The notes beneath the pieces are model-generated. The model was not told the DNA's origin. It did no database searches and saw only the letters and a list, made by a program, of their open reading frames with translations. Source: Scenedesmus sp. PABB004 (Eukaryota). Taken from it: a DNA stretch of 64,000 bases. Position 1 is the first letter of the stretch. Each line of letters begins with the position of its first letter. The stretch spans positions 1,302,001 through 1,366,000 of the forward strand of contig JABVCE010000002.1 in the NCBI GenBank assembly GCA_014905635.1, in the 5' to 3' direction. The translations under genes were made by a program, and so were the position numbers. This document shows positions 47,356-59,695 of this stretch, piece after piece.

Positions 47356-49475
47356 ATGGCGGATCCGGCGCAGCTGCTGGAGGACGAGTACGAGGAGGTG
47401 GTGAGCCCGGGGCTGGGCGGCGGGCGCGCGCGGCAGCATTCGACGGGCAGCAGACGATCGCCGCTGCTGCCGGCGTGCTGGCCCCGCGCCCGGCCGCACC
47501 CGCGCTGCCAGGGACCGGCTCGTGCCCGTGCCCACGGCGGGCGCACCGCAGCGGTGCCAACGCCCCGCCGCGGCAGCCACCGGCGGCGGCCGCCGGCCGG
47601 CGGCAGCAGCAGCAGCAGCCGCGGCGCCGGCCGCCCGGCACGCGTCGCAGCGGCGCGGGGCCCACGCCCCCGACGCGGCGGCGCCCGCAGGAGTATGACG
47701 AGGAGGACGAGGCCGAGATGGTGGACGACGAGGAGGAGACCGACCCCGACTTTACGCCCGGCGACGCCGAGGCGGACGAGGACGAGGACGAGGACGTCAG
47801 CCTCGAGGAGGAGGAGGGCCTGGACGGCCTCTCCGACACCAACGCGCCCTACGCCGATGCCGGCGCGGTCGGCGGCGGCGGCAAGCGCGGTGCGCGGCCG
47901 GCGTGGGCGGCAGAGGCGGCCGGCGCGGCGGCCGGCGCGGCGGCCGGGCGCCGCGCTCACGCCGCCCGCGCCGCGCCGCAGGCGGGCTGGGCAACCCGCT
48001 GAAGCTGCTGGGCAACCTGCGCCCGAAGCGCCTCGCCGCCGCGGTCACGGGCCAGCGCGAGCGCCTGCAGCGCCTGCTGTGGCGGCTGGAGGACGCGAGC
48101 GTGTTCACAGCCAAGTTTGCGGCGCGCGCGCTCATCAAGGGCGCGCGCCCCGCGCTCGTGTGTGAGTGCCCGCCGCCGCCGCGCGGCCGGCCAGCCCCGG
48201 CGCAGGGCGCGCACGCGCCCCAGCTCCGCGCCGCGCCGCGCCCACGCGCCCGCGCGCCCGCGCACTCGCCGGCGCGCCTGCAGGGCTGGTCGTCGCGCGC
48301 GCGCTGCGCACGATTGACCGGTCGGAGGACCTCGGGCTGCGCATGATGCGGCAGCCGGCGCACAAGCAGATGGACTACTACTACAGCCACCTGCTCGGCG
48401 ACGACTGGGAGCAGCAGCTCGAGCAGGCGCGGCGCGCGCCGCCGCGCGCCGCCGCGCGCCTGACCGCCCGCGCGCGCGCACGCAGGCGGGCCCGCCGCCG
48501 CCAGGGCTCACGCTCAAGCTCACGCGCGCGCCGTGCAGGACTTTGTGGACGCGGTGGCCGAGGTTGACGAGGGCTACATCACCGACGACATGGTCCGCGA
48601 GCGCCGCGGCCTGCAGGCGACCATCCTGCGGCGCCTCGAGGTCGAGGAGTGGGACAAGGAGCGCATGCGGTGAGGACCCCGCGCCGCGCCGCGCCGCCCC
48701 GCCCCGCCCGCGCGCGCGCGCGCGCCGCCGCGGCCGCCGCGGCCGCCGCCGCGGCCGCCGCGGCCGTCCCTTTGACCGCCCCCGTGCCCCGCGCGCCCCG
48801 CGCGCCCCCCTTGCGCGCCGCGCGCCTGTCAGTCACTTTTACTACGGCCTCTACGGCCTGGGCCCCTGGTACTGGGACATGGAGGAGCGCCTGCACAACC
48901 CCTTCTTCATCGGCGCGCGCGCCTGGAACGGCCCCGCGGAGAGCTGGATCGGCGAGAACCAGGCGCGCCCGGGCCCGGGCCCTGCCGCGGCGGCGCGCGG
49001 GCGGCGCGCGGGCGGCGCGCCCGCCGGGCCCCCGCACCGGCCGACGCCGCCCGCGCCCCGCGCCCCGCCCGCGCAGGTCTTCCCCGGCGACATGGAGCCC
49101 GCGAGCCGCGACGCGCGCCTCGCCGTCGCGCAGCGCCTCGAGGACGCGCGCGGGCGGCCGCTGTCGCGCGGCGCGCTCAACCGGCTGCTGGCGAGCGAGC
49201 GGGTGGGCGGCGGCGGCGGCGCGCCGGCTGCGCGCGGGGGGTCTCGGGCGCCGTCAGCGCGCGGCTGCGCGCGTGCGCGTGCCGCCCGCGCTCACGCGCG
49301 CGCCTCTCTGCCCCTCCTCCTGCCGCAGGTGCGCGGCGCGGACCAGGTGCTGGCGGGCCGCCTGCTGCAGGGCGCGGGCGACCCCGTGCAGGTCAAGCTG
49401 CGTATCGAGCAGCAGCGGGAGGAGCGGGAGCAGCAGCAGCGGCAGCGGGAGCAGCAGCAGCAGGTGGCAGCCTGA
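47356..49475 (+). CDS. Uncharacterised protein with acidic N-terminus and aromatic-rich core (8 exons)
   Basis: Exons join in frame: MADPAQLLEDEYEE, a D/E tract, DYYYSHLLGDDWEQQLEQ|DFVDAV, EEWDKERMR|HFYYGLYGLGPWYWDMEERLHNPFFIGARAWNGP. Confidence 0.75.
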
Positions 49476-50409
49476 GCGCCGCCGCTGCTGGGCGGGCGGG
49501 CGGGCGGGCGGTGGAGGCACTGCGGCGGCGGGCCGCCAACTGCGGGCGAGGCGGGGCGGGGCGGGGTGCCAACTGCGGGGCACGGACTGTCACGTCGTCA
49601 TGTGTGCCTGGGCCGGAGCGTGGGCCGGCCGGCGCCATCGATCAGCGTCCGCGCTGGCCGCTGGCGAGTGGCCCCAGGCTGGCGCTGCCAGCGCCAGCCT
49701 GGCGCGCGGCGGTGCCAGCCGCGGCGCAGCTGCCCCGGCAGCTCAGGGCAGCCGCAGGCAGCGCAGCTCGTGCAGCCCGCAGCTCTCCCGCGCCGAGCGG
49801 GCCGCGCCGTGAGCTCCGCTGGCCACGCGGCAGCACCGATCGGGCGGCGCGCGCCGCCGCGCCGCGCGCGCCCTGGTCGCTGCTGGGCGGCGTGCGCAGC
49901 TGGCTGCGGGGGGAGCCTGGCGTCGCGCCCCGCACGATCAATCCAGCTCCCTGACCAGTCCACGCCCGACGGCTGCACGATGCCCGCGCAGCGTCGGCCG
50001 CGCGCGCTCGAGCCGCGCCAGCTCGGACGCCGCACGGATCACGCTGACCAGCGGCTTGGCCGCGGCGGCCGGGCCTGATGGCACGCGGGCGGCCGCGCGC
50101 CAGCTCTCTGGCGCTGGACCCCGAGCGCTCGCTGTCAGCCCGCCGCCGGCGCGTGGGGGCCGCCCGCAGCTGCATGCCTCCACTGGCAGGCGGCAGGCGC
50201 TCGGCAAATCAGTGCGCCCACATCATCGGGCAGCCACCAAGCGCGCCTTGGCCGCCGGCGCCAGGGCAGTCGTCCGCGCCCGCCAGGCGAGCGCCCAGAC
50301 ACGGCCCTACTCTCCCCACCTCGGCGCGGCCGCGTCGGCGCCTGAGCAGGCCGGGAGGGCGCGCCAGCATCAGGCGTGAGGCGCCAGCCCGGGCGGAGGC
50401 GCCCCAGCC

Positions 50410-53400
50410 ATGGCGGAGTCGCCCAGCTTCCCCAGTGAGTGCCCAGACCGCCGCAGCCGCGGCAGCGGGCGGCTGGCAGCCAGCGGCGGGCGCGGTGCGG
50501 CGCTTGGCGCCGCCGCGGCAGCGCTGGCGGCCAGCCACGCAGCGCCGCAGCTCTGCCGCGCCGCGCGGCGGCCATGCGCGTCCTGGCCGGGCTCGGGCGG
50601 GCGCTGATCCAGCCGGGGGCAGCGGCCAGGCTGGATCGCACGCGCGCCGCGACGCGCCCAGCGCCCGGGCGCGGCCGCTGCCAGCGCCCGGCCGCCAGCG
50701 GCCGCCGCCGCCCCGCGCGCCGCGTGTGCCCGGGCGCGCGCCGTGGCCGCCGCCCGCCCGCCCGCCTGGCGCGCCCGGCGCGCCGCTCATCACGCCGCGC
50801 GCCGCCGCGCCGCAGAGCCGCGCTACGGCAAGGAGGTCGTGGGGCGCCGCGTGCGCGTGCTGTCTGATGGCGTCTACAAGGAGGGCTCCATCCGGGCGTA
50901 CCACGGCGGGTACTACCGACACATGAGTGAGCCCCGCGCCGCCACGCGCCACGCGGCGGCTCCGCGGGGGCCGCGGGGGCCGCAGCTCCGCGGCGGACGG
51001 CGCCGCCGCTCGCGCGCGCGCGCGCGCGGTCCGCGCCGCGCCCGCGCCGCTCACGCGCCGCTGCTCGGTCGCCGCCGCAGTCGACTTTGACGACGGCGAG
51101 CAGCTCAACACTCACCTCTACTCAGAGGAGTATGCGTTTGTGCCCGAGCCTGGCGCGGGTGCGGCGCCCGCCGCCGCCGCGCGCCCCGCTCTGCCGCGCC
51201 GCGCCGTCGCGGCCACGCGCGCCCGCGTGCGCGCCGACCCTCCCTCGCCGCGCCGCCGCCGGCGCGCCGCGAAGAGCCGATCGCGGAGCTGCTGCACTGC
51301 GCGGTGTCTGTGTTCTGGCCGGACGAGGGCCGCTGGTACCGCGGCATCGTGGTCGGCTGCGACGGCCTCAAGCACACAGGTGACCGCGCCCGCGCCGCTG
51401 CTGTGCCGCAGCTGCTCTCTACGTGCGCGCCCGCGCCGGCACGCTCGCGCCGGCCCGCCCGTGCCTGACGCCGCCGGCGCCGCGCAGTGGTGTACGAGGA
51501 CGGCGACAGCGAGCACATCACGCTCACGCCGGACCGCTACAAGCTGCTGGAGGGCCCCGGCCCGCACCACATTCCCGCGCTCAAGGCGCGCCCCAGCGGC
51601 GGCAGCAGCAAGCCGCGGCCCGACCTCGTCACGCCGCCGACCGAGCGCGCACGCCCGCGTGCGGCGTCGCTGCCGCCCGCCGGCGCCGGCGCCGCGGGCA
51701 AGCCGCCCACGGCCAGGCCCGCGGCCAAGACGCCCAGCGGCGGCGACAGGGGCGACGACAAGGCCGGCAGCGCGGCCAAGCCCGGCAGCGGCGAGAAGCG
51801 CCCGAGCTCAAGCGGCGGCGGCGCGGCGGCCGGCGCGGCCGCAGCGAGCGCCGCCGCCGCCGCCGCTGCCGCCGCCGCCGCCGCGGCCGCGGCCGCGCCG
51901 GCCGCTTCCGCTGTGGTGCGTCCCAAGGTGCCCTCGCTCAACATGAGCCACGTCAGCAAGAAGGACCGCGAGGCGGCGCGCATGCTGCTGGGCTTCAGCA
52001 CGCCCAACGAGGTGCGGCGCCGGGGCGGCAGCACGCGGCGCCGCGCGGACAGCGCCGCGTGGCGGCGCGTGGCAGCGCGCGCGGCCGCCGGTGCGCCCCG
52101 CCGACGCCCGCGCCGCGCCGCCGCCGCAGGCCTTCTTCAGCAGCCCGCCCGACGCCGGCAGCGGCGGCAGCTCCGGCGGCGCGGCGGCGCGCGCGGCGAT
52201 CGCGGCGGTGGCGGCCGCCGCCGCCCAGGCGGCCGGCCTGCCCGACCCCACCACGCTGGGCGCGGCGGGCACGTCCGCCGCGGGCGCGGTCGAGGACGCG
52301 CCGCCGGCGCTCACGGGGCGCCTCTCCGGCGGCGGCGGCCGGCGCAGCAGCGACGGCGGCCGCGGCGGCGACCGCGACCGCGGCGGCGACCGCGACGGCG
52401 CGGCCAGCGACAGCGGCTTTGCGGGCGCGGGGCGCAGCTCCGCGCCGCCGGCCGAGGCGGCGGGGCTGGCGCAGATGAGCAGCGAGCTGCTCGCGGGCAT
52501 GCAGTGGCAGCTGCAGCAGCTGGTGTCGCAGGAGGAGCACCGCTGGGTGGAGATCAGCCGCGTGCAGACCCAGGTGCGCGGGCGCGCCGCCGCCGCAGCA
52601 GCCCCGCGCGGCGGCGCCGCCGGCGCCCCCGTCCGACAACGCCGCCGCCCGCCGCCCGCCCGCCCGCCCGCCCGCCGCCCCCGCCCGCCCGCCCGCCCGC
52701 CCGCCCGCCCGCCCGCCCGCCCGCCCGCCCGCCCGCCCGCCCGCCCGCCGCCCGCCCGCCCGCCGCCCGCCCGCCCGCCCGCCGCCCGCCGCAGCTATCG
52801 CGCGTGATGCGCGAGCGCGACGACGCGACGCGGGAGCGCGACCAGGCGCTCGTCGAGCGCGACGTCGCGCAGCACCAGGTGCGCGGGCGCGCCGCGCGCA
52901 TGCGCGCGCTGCGGGCGCCGCCGCTGCGCCTGCGCGCGCAGCCTGGCGCGCCGGGGCCTCACTCGCAGCCGCCGCCGTCGCTCGCGCGCGCGCGCGCGCG
53001 TGCGCGCAGCTCAAGACGCTGCAGGAGGAGAGGTCGGGGCTGGTTGCGCAGGTGCACGCGCTGGAGCAGGACGTGATGAGCCTGAGCGCCCAGCTGCACG
53101 CGGAGCGCGGCTGCACCTCCAACGCCAGCCTCGACGCGGCCAGCCTGCGCGTGCAGCTGCAGAACCTGCGCAGCGAGCTCGCGACCTGCCGCGGCGAGGT
53201 CGGGCAGATGCTGGGCCAGGTGCGCGGCGGCGGCGCGGCCGGCATGGCCGCGGCCGCGGCCGCGATGATGGGCCTGGCCCCCGACGGCGCGCCGGCCTTT
53301 GGCAAGGCCCTGGGCGGCGAGCTCGAGCCCGCCGCGCCCGCGGTGACGGGCGGCCTCGGCGGCGGCCCCGCCGCGCCGGCCAAGGCCCCCGCCGCGCTCG

Positions 53401-54278
53401 GCAAGCTCGCCGGCGGGTCGACCTTCCAGCTCGGCGGCGGCGCCGCGGCCGAGCGCGGCGGCGTGGGGGCGCTGATGCAGGTCGGGCCCGGCACGCTCGT
53501 GGTGGGGCCGCGCAGCCGCAAGGCCAACGACACCGCGGCGGCGGCGGCGGCGGCCGCCGCGCTCGCCGCGGCCGCGGGCGAGGCCGGCGCGGGCGACGCG
53601 CCGGAGCAGCAGCAGCACGACCAGGAGGGCCCTGAGGCCAGGCCGGCCCCGGGCGGGCAGAGCGCGGACATGAACAACGGCGGCGAGGCGGGCGGGGACG
53701 CGCCGGCGCCGCGCGTTGCCGCGCTCGACCTGCGCAGCGAGCAGCACGACGACGCCGCGGGCCTCACCGCCAGCGAGGCCACGCTCGGCGCGGACGACGA
53801 CGACACCACGTCTGGCGCGGCGGGCGGCGGCGGCAGCGGCGGCAGCGGCGGCGCCGAGCCCGGCGCGGAGCCGGAGCTCGCGGGGCGGCGCTCGGGGCGG
53901 CCGAGCCGCAAGCCCGCCGCGCCCGGCGCCGGCGGCGCGGGCAGCGACGTGCGGGTCGCGGACGCCGACATGACCCGGAAGCGGCCGCGCTCGGGGCCGC
54001 AGCACCCGGCGAGCGCCGGCAAGGCCGCGCTGGCGGAGCGGCCGTCGGCGGCCGTGGCCGCCGCGGCCGCCGCGGCGGCCGCCGCCATCGCTGCAGGCGC
54101 AGCGGCGGTCAAGCCCGAGCTGGCGCGCGCGTCGCCCGCGCCGGCGGGCGCGCGCGGCGCGAGCCCGAGCCCCCCGCCCGGCGCGGAGGGGCGCAGCCGC
54201 AGCGCGTCGCCGGACGGCGGCGCGGGCGGCGAGCCGAAGCGGCCGCGGCTGGAGTGCGACGAGGGCATCGGCGCGTGA
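50410..54278 (+). CDS. Tandem Tudor-like domain protein with coiled coil and low-complexity tail (probably nuclear)
   Basis: VVGRRVRVLSDGVYKEGSIRAY...IDFDDGEQ and VSVFWPDEGRWYRGIVVG...VVYEDGDSEHITL; heptad region RERDDATRERDQALVERD...; basic RKRPR and KRPR motifs. Confidence 0.8.
52654..52790 (+). repeat. (CCCG)n microsatellite in an intron of the Tudor gene
   Basis: Seen directly; slightly interrupted. Confidence 0.9.
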
Positions 54279-54894
54279 GTCGGGCGTTCCGCGTCGTCGT
54301 GAGTTGGTGCCAGCCGGTCGGCTGTGTGCGCGGCGGCCGCGCGCGGGCGGCGCAGCTGAACGAGACGGAGCCGGGCGCGCGCGTGCAGTGAGGGGGGCGC
54401 CGCCCGGCGCGGTGCGTGCGGAGAGTGTCGGCCGGGCGGGAGGGTCGTGGGGGAGGGGGAGGGCAGGGGAGCGCGCCTCCGAGTTGTGCAACCGAGCACC
54501 ACCGACGGCGGCGTCGCTGCGCGCCCGGCAGCGGGACGCGCTGGGAGTGCCGCGCGGCGGTGCAGCGGCGGCGGGGCCCCGTCGCGCGCCGCTGCCCTGA
54601 GCTGCCCCTGGCCCGCAACAGGCTGGCCTTCCCCCCACCCGCGCCAGGCACGCGGCAGGGACCCCCGCGAGTGTGCAGGCCTCGCCAGCAGCAGGCCCCG
54701 CTCTTGCCCGGCGCGCACCGCCAGCGCGGAGCTCGGCCGGCCTGCGAGATCCCCGGCCAGCGCCAGGCCCCGCCCGCCGGGCCTTGCGGCGCGGGGGCAG
54801 CAGCAGGGCGAGCCGGGGCGCGCGCCTGGCGCCTGGCGCCGCGCCCCTGGGACGTGTGCACGCAGCGGGCGCCGTCACGCACCCGCGCGCCGCC

Positions 54895-57800
54895 ATGGCG
54901 GGCCGGGGCAGATCGGTGAGCGGGGATTGGGGCGGCATGCCACCTCGCTGCGGGCGCAGCAGCCTCCCGCCGCCCTCCCGCGGCGACGCGTGCCGCTCTG
55001 CGGCGAGGCCGTGGCACCGCCGCTCTCGAGGCGCCGCGAGCGCCTCCGCAGCAGCGCCGGGCGGCCGGCGCGGGCGCTGGGCGCGGCCGCGTGCTGCTGC
55101 TCGCCGCCGCCGCCCAGCGCGGGCGCCGCCGCCGGCCCCGCAGACGTTCAAGATAGAGCCCTTCAAGCACCCCATAGCCATGGACCCCAACTACGCGGGT
55201 GCGGCGGCGCGCGGGCCGGCGGCGCCGCGGCGGGCGCGGTGGGCGGGGGCGGTTGGCGGCGCAGCGGCGCTGCTGCGGCCGCGCCAGGCGGCGGCCGCGG
55301 CGGCGGCGGCGGCGGAGCCGCGCCGGGGCCCCCTTGAGCGCGGCGCCGCGCGGCGCGGCGTCCGCGGCGCAGACAAGACGTGGCGCATCCTGGAGAGCGC
55401 GATCAGGGAGATCCACAACCAGAACGCGAGCGGGCTGAGCTTCGAGGAGCTCTACAGGCGCGCGCGCGGCGCGGCCCCGGCGGCCCCGGCGGCAGCGGCG
55501 GCGGCCGCCTCACAGCCGCGCCGCCGCGCGCGGCGCCCGCCCTGTCGTGGCGCGCGCGCTTGCAGGAACGCGTACAACATGGTGCTCCACAAGTACGGCG
55601 ACCGGCTGTACAGCGGCGTCGCGGCGGCGCTGCGGGGGCACCTCGCGGGCGTCGCGGCGCGCGTGGAGGCGGCGCAGGGCGTGCCGTTCCTCAAGGAGCT
55701 CAAGGCCTGCTGGGACGACCACAACAAGAGCACCCAGATGATCCGCGACATCCTCATGTACATGGACCGCACCTACGTCACGCAGCAGCACAAGACGCCC
55801 GTGTTCCAGCTCGGACTCGACCTCTGGCGCGAGCAGGCGCGCCGCGGCGCGCGCGGCTGCTGCGGCGTCGTCGGCAGCTGCTGCGGCTGTGGCAGCGGCG
55901 GCGGCGCACCGACGCGCCGCCCGCACGCGCCCGCGCGCGCGCGGCCAGGTGGTGCGGCACCCGCAGATCCACCAGCGCCTGCTGAGCATCCTCGGCGACA
56001 TGGTCGCGCGCGAGCGCGGCGGCGAGATTGTGGACCGCGCGCTGCTTAAGTCCACGACGCAGGCGCGGGCGCTGCGCCTGCACGTCCCCCGCGCGCGCAG
56101 CGGCGGCGCCCGCGTGCGCAGCGGCGCCGACGCGCGGCGCCGCGCTGGCGCGCCACGCGCGCGTGCGCAGATGCTGATGGACCTGGGCAAGCCCACGTAC
56201 GAGGAGGACTTTGAGCGCCACTTCCTCGCCGCCGCGGCCGACTTTTACGCCAAGGAGGCCCTCGAGTTCATGGCCAGCAGCAACGCGCCAGACTACATGC
56301 GCAAGGCGCGGCGCGGCGCGGCGCGGCGCGGGGGAGCCGCTCAGCCCCCTCGGCCCGGCGGCGGCGCGCGCGACTGGGCAGCACCGCAGCGGCAGCGCGC
56401 CACGCCTGCGCGGCAGCCGCCGGCCGCGCTTTGCCCGGCCGCCGACGCGCGCGTGCGCTGCGCAGGCGGAGCGGCGGCTGGCGGAGGAGGTCGAGCGCGT
56501 GCGCAGCTACCTGGACGAGTCGACCGAGCCCAAGATCACGCGCGTGGCGGAGCACGAGCTCATCACCGTGCAGGTGGGGTGCAGCACGCGGCAGGCAGGC
56601 GGCGGACGTGGCGCCGCGCGCGGGCGGGCGGGTGGGGCTGGGCGTGCAGCGTGGCGCGGCGCGGCGCGCCGCCCCGCGGCGTGCCAACCCTCTGCGCGTG
56701 CCCGCGGCGCGGCGCGCAGATGAAGGCGCTGGTCGAGATGGAGGGCTCGGGGCTGGTGCCGCTGCTGCTGGACGACGCGTACGACGACCTGGGGCGCATG
56801 TACAGCCTCTTCAGGTGCGCGGGGGACTGCCCAGGGGGCTGGTGACTGGCTGCGCCGGTCGCTGGCAGGGGCGGTGCGAGGTCGGCGGCGCGGGCGGCGC
56901 CCGCGGACGGCTCACCGCCGCCGCCCCCGCGCCGCGCCAGGCGCGTGGACGAGGGGCTCGCGCTGCTGCGCAGCGTGATGGGCGCGCACGTCAAGGAGGA
57001 GGGCCGGCTGCTCGTGAATCACCCGGACAAGACCAAGGACCCGGTGGAGTACGTGAGCGCGCTGCTGGACATGCGGGACAAGTACGAGGCGACCATCACC
57101 CGCGCGCTGCAGGACGACAAGACCTTCCGCAACACGCTCAACCAGGCACGCCGCGCCGCGCCGCGCCGCGCCGCGTAGGTCTGGACCTGCCGCCGCCCCC
57201 CCCCCCCCCCCCGCCCTGCCCTTCCCCCGCACTCACCGCCGCTTTCTCGCTGCTTCCCTCACCGCCGCCCCCCCCCCCCCCGGCCGCTCCCTCACTGCTG
57301 CTCCCCCCCCCCTCTCCCCCCTGCCACGCCGCGGCAGGCGTTTGAGGTCTTCATCAACGGCCAGGGGCGCAGCCCGGAGTTCATCTCCCTCTTCATCGAC
57401 GACCGCCTGCGCAAGGGCCTCAAGGGCGCGAGCGAGGGCGACGTCGAGGCGGTGCTGGACAAGGTCATGGCGCTCTTCAGGCGCGCCGCGGCGCGGGGGC
57501 GCGGGGGGGGGGGGGGGGGCGGTGGTCTCGGGGGCTGCGCGCGGCGGCGCGGGGCCGCGGCGCGTGGCGGCGCGCGTCGGCGGGCGCGCGGCGCCGGCGC
57601 GCGCTGCGCCTGCCGCGCGCCGCGCTCACGGCCCTGCTGTCGGTCTGCCTGCCTGCCGGCCTGCCTGCCTGTCCCCGCGCCGCGGCGCGCCCGCAGGTAC
57701 CTGCAGGAGAAGGACGTGTTTGAAAAGTACTACAAGCAGCACCTCGCCAAGCGCCTGCTCTCGGGGCGCACCGTGTCGGACGGTGCGCCGCCACGGCGCG

Positions 57801-59454
57801 CAGCTCGCGCGTCGCCGCCCCGCGCCGCCGCGCCGCGCCGCCCGCGCGGCCCCTCCCACGCCGCCGCGCCGCCACCCACCACGCCGCCCGCCAGATGCGG
57901 AGCGCAATATGCTGGTCAAGCTGAAGACCGAGTGCGGTTACCAGTTTACGAGCAAGCTGGAGAGCATGTTCACCGACATCAAGACCAGCCGCGACATGAT
58001 GGCGGACTTCAAGGCCCGCCTCGCCGAGCGCGGCACGGAGCTGCCGCTCGACCTCAGCGTGCAGGCGAGGCGCCGCGCCGCCGCCGCCGCCGCCGCCGCG
58101 CGCGCGCTGGCCGCACGGCCGCGCTCGGGAGCCCGGCCGCCTGACGCCGCCGCCGCGTGCCGTCCGCGCCGCGCGCAGGTGCTGACCACGGGCAGCTGGC
58201 CCACGCAGGCGACGGCAAAGTGTGTGCTGCCGCTGCCGCTGGAGCAGGTGCGGCGCGTTGGGCGCGCGCGCGGGGCGGGCCCGCGCGCCACAGTCACGCC
58301 GGGGCCTGGCCTGGCCTGCACGCGCGGACCCGCGCCCGCGCCGCGCCGCGCCGCCTGCCCCCGCCGCCCAGGCCTGCGAGGCGTTCCGCGAGTTTTACCT
58401 CGCCGCGCACAGCGGGCGGCGGCTGAGCTGGCAGACCAACATGGGCACCGCCGACCTGCGCGCCGCGTTCAGCGGGGGCAAGGAGAAGCACGAGATCACG
58501 GTGGGTGGGCGCGTGGGCGGCGGGGTGTGTGTGCGTGTGGGTGTGGGTGTGTGTTTGGGGGGGCAACAGGGGCCCGGGCGGCGCGCCGTCGCGCGGCGCG
58601 CCGCTGGCTCGCACCGGCCGCCCCAGCCGCCGTGTGGCGCGCCCGCCCTCCCACGCGCCCGCCCACACCCACACCCCCCCCCCCCCCGCCCGGCCGCCAG
58701 GTGTCGACGTACCAGATGGTCGTGCTGCTGCTCTTCAACGACGCGGCCGAGCTGACCTACCGCGAGATCGCAGAGGCGACCGAGATCCCGCACGCAGACC
58801 TCAAGCGCAGCCTGCAGAGCCTCGCCTGCGCCAAGGGTGCGCCGCCGCCGGCCCGCCCCGCCGCCCGCCGGCCCGCCCGGCCCTGCCCGGCCCGACCGCG
58901 CCCCCGCCCTCCTCCTGATCCCCCCCCCCACACACACACACACACGCACCCCCCCCCCCCCCCGCGCGCAGGCAAGAACGTGCTGCGCAAGTCTCCGATG
59001 GGCAAGGAGGTGGACGAGGGCGACAGCTTTGCCTTTAACGACGCCTTCACCAGCAAGCTCTTCAAGATCAAGATCGGCACCGTCGCCGCGCAGAAGGAGG
59101 GCGAGCTGGAGAAGCAGGAGACGCGGCACAAGGCGCGCCACCGCGCCGCGCCGCCCGTCACGCCTGCCCCGCGCGCGCCGCGCCGTCGCCCGCGCCGTCG
59201 CCCACTCCGCGCGCACACCGCGCTCCCAGGTCGAGGAGGACCGCAAGCCCCAGATCGAGGCCGCGATCGTGCGCGTGATGAAGGCGCGCAAGCGGCTCGA
59301 CCACAACGCGGTCGTGAGCGAGGTCACGCGCCAGCTCGCGCCGCGCTTCCTGCCAAACCCCGCCGTCGTCAAGAAGCGCATCGAGTCGCTCATCGAGCGC
59401 GAGTTCCTCGAGCGCGACCCGGCCGACCGCAAGGTCTATGTCTACCTCGCCTGA
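54895..59454 (+). CDS. CUL3: Cullin-3 (17 exons)
   Basis: [122 protein letters not shown] at 59600. Confidence 0.98.
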
Positions 59455-59599
59455 CGCGGGGCCCCCTCACGCCGCGACCGCGCCGCCGCCGCCGCCCAAG
59501 CCGCCGCGGCGCGGCGCGGCACGGCGGCGCGCGCGCCACTGAGTTGTGGCGCGCGCGCGCGCGGCGGGGCGCGCCCGCGCGGCAGCAGCTGCTGCCGCG

Positions 59600-59668
59600 T
59601 GTAACGCGCCGCTGTCCCGCGGCCGCGTCGTCGCTGGCCCGGATGCCTCGCGCGGAGCAGCGGTTACA
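59600..59668. promoter_or_regulatory. Facing UGUAA polyadenylation signals of CUL3 (+) and the RPI-like gene (-)
   Basis: TGTAA at 59600-59604 and TTACA at 59664-59668; UGUAA is the established chlorophyte poly(A) signal. Confidence 0.75.
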
Positions 59669-59695
59669 GAGGGTCGCCCGCGCACGCGCTGCCCG

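Noticed and set aside
49476..50409. ORFs between the acidic orphan and the Tudor gene
   Set aside because: No motif or convincing exon structure.
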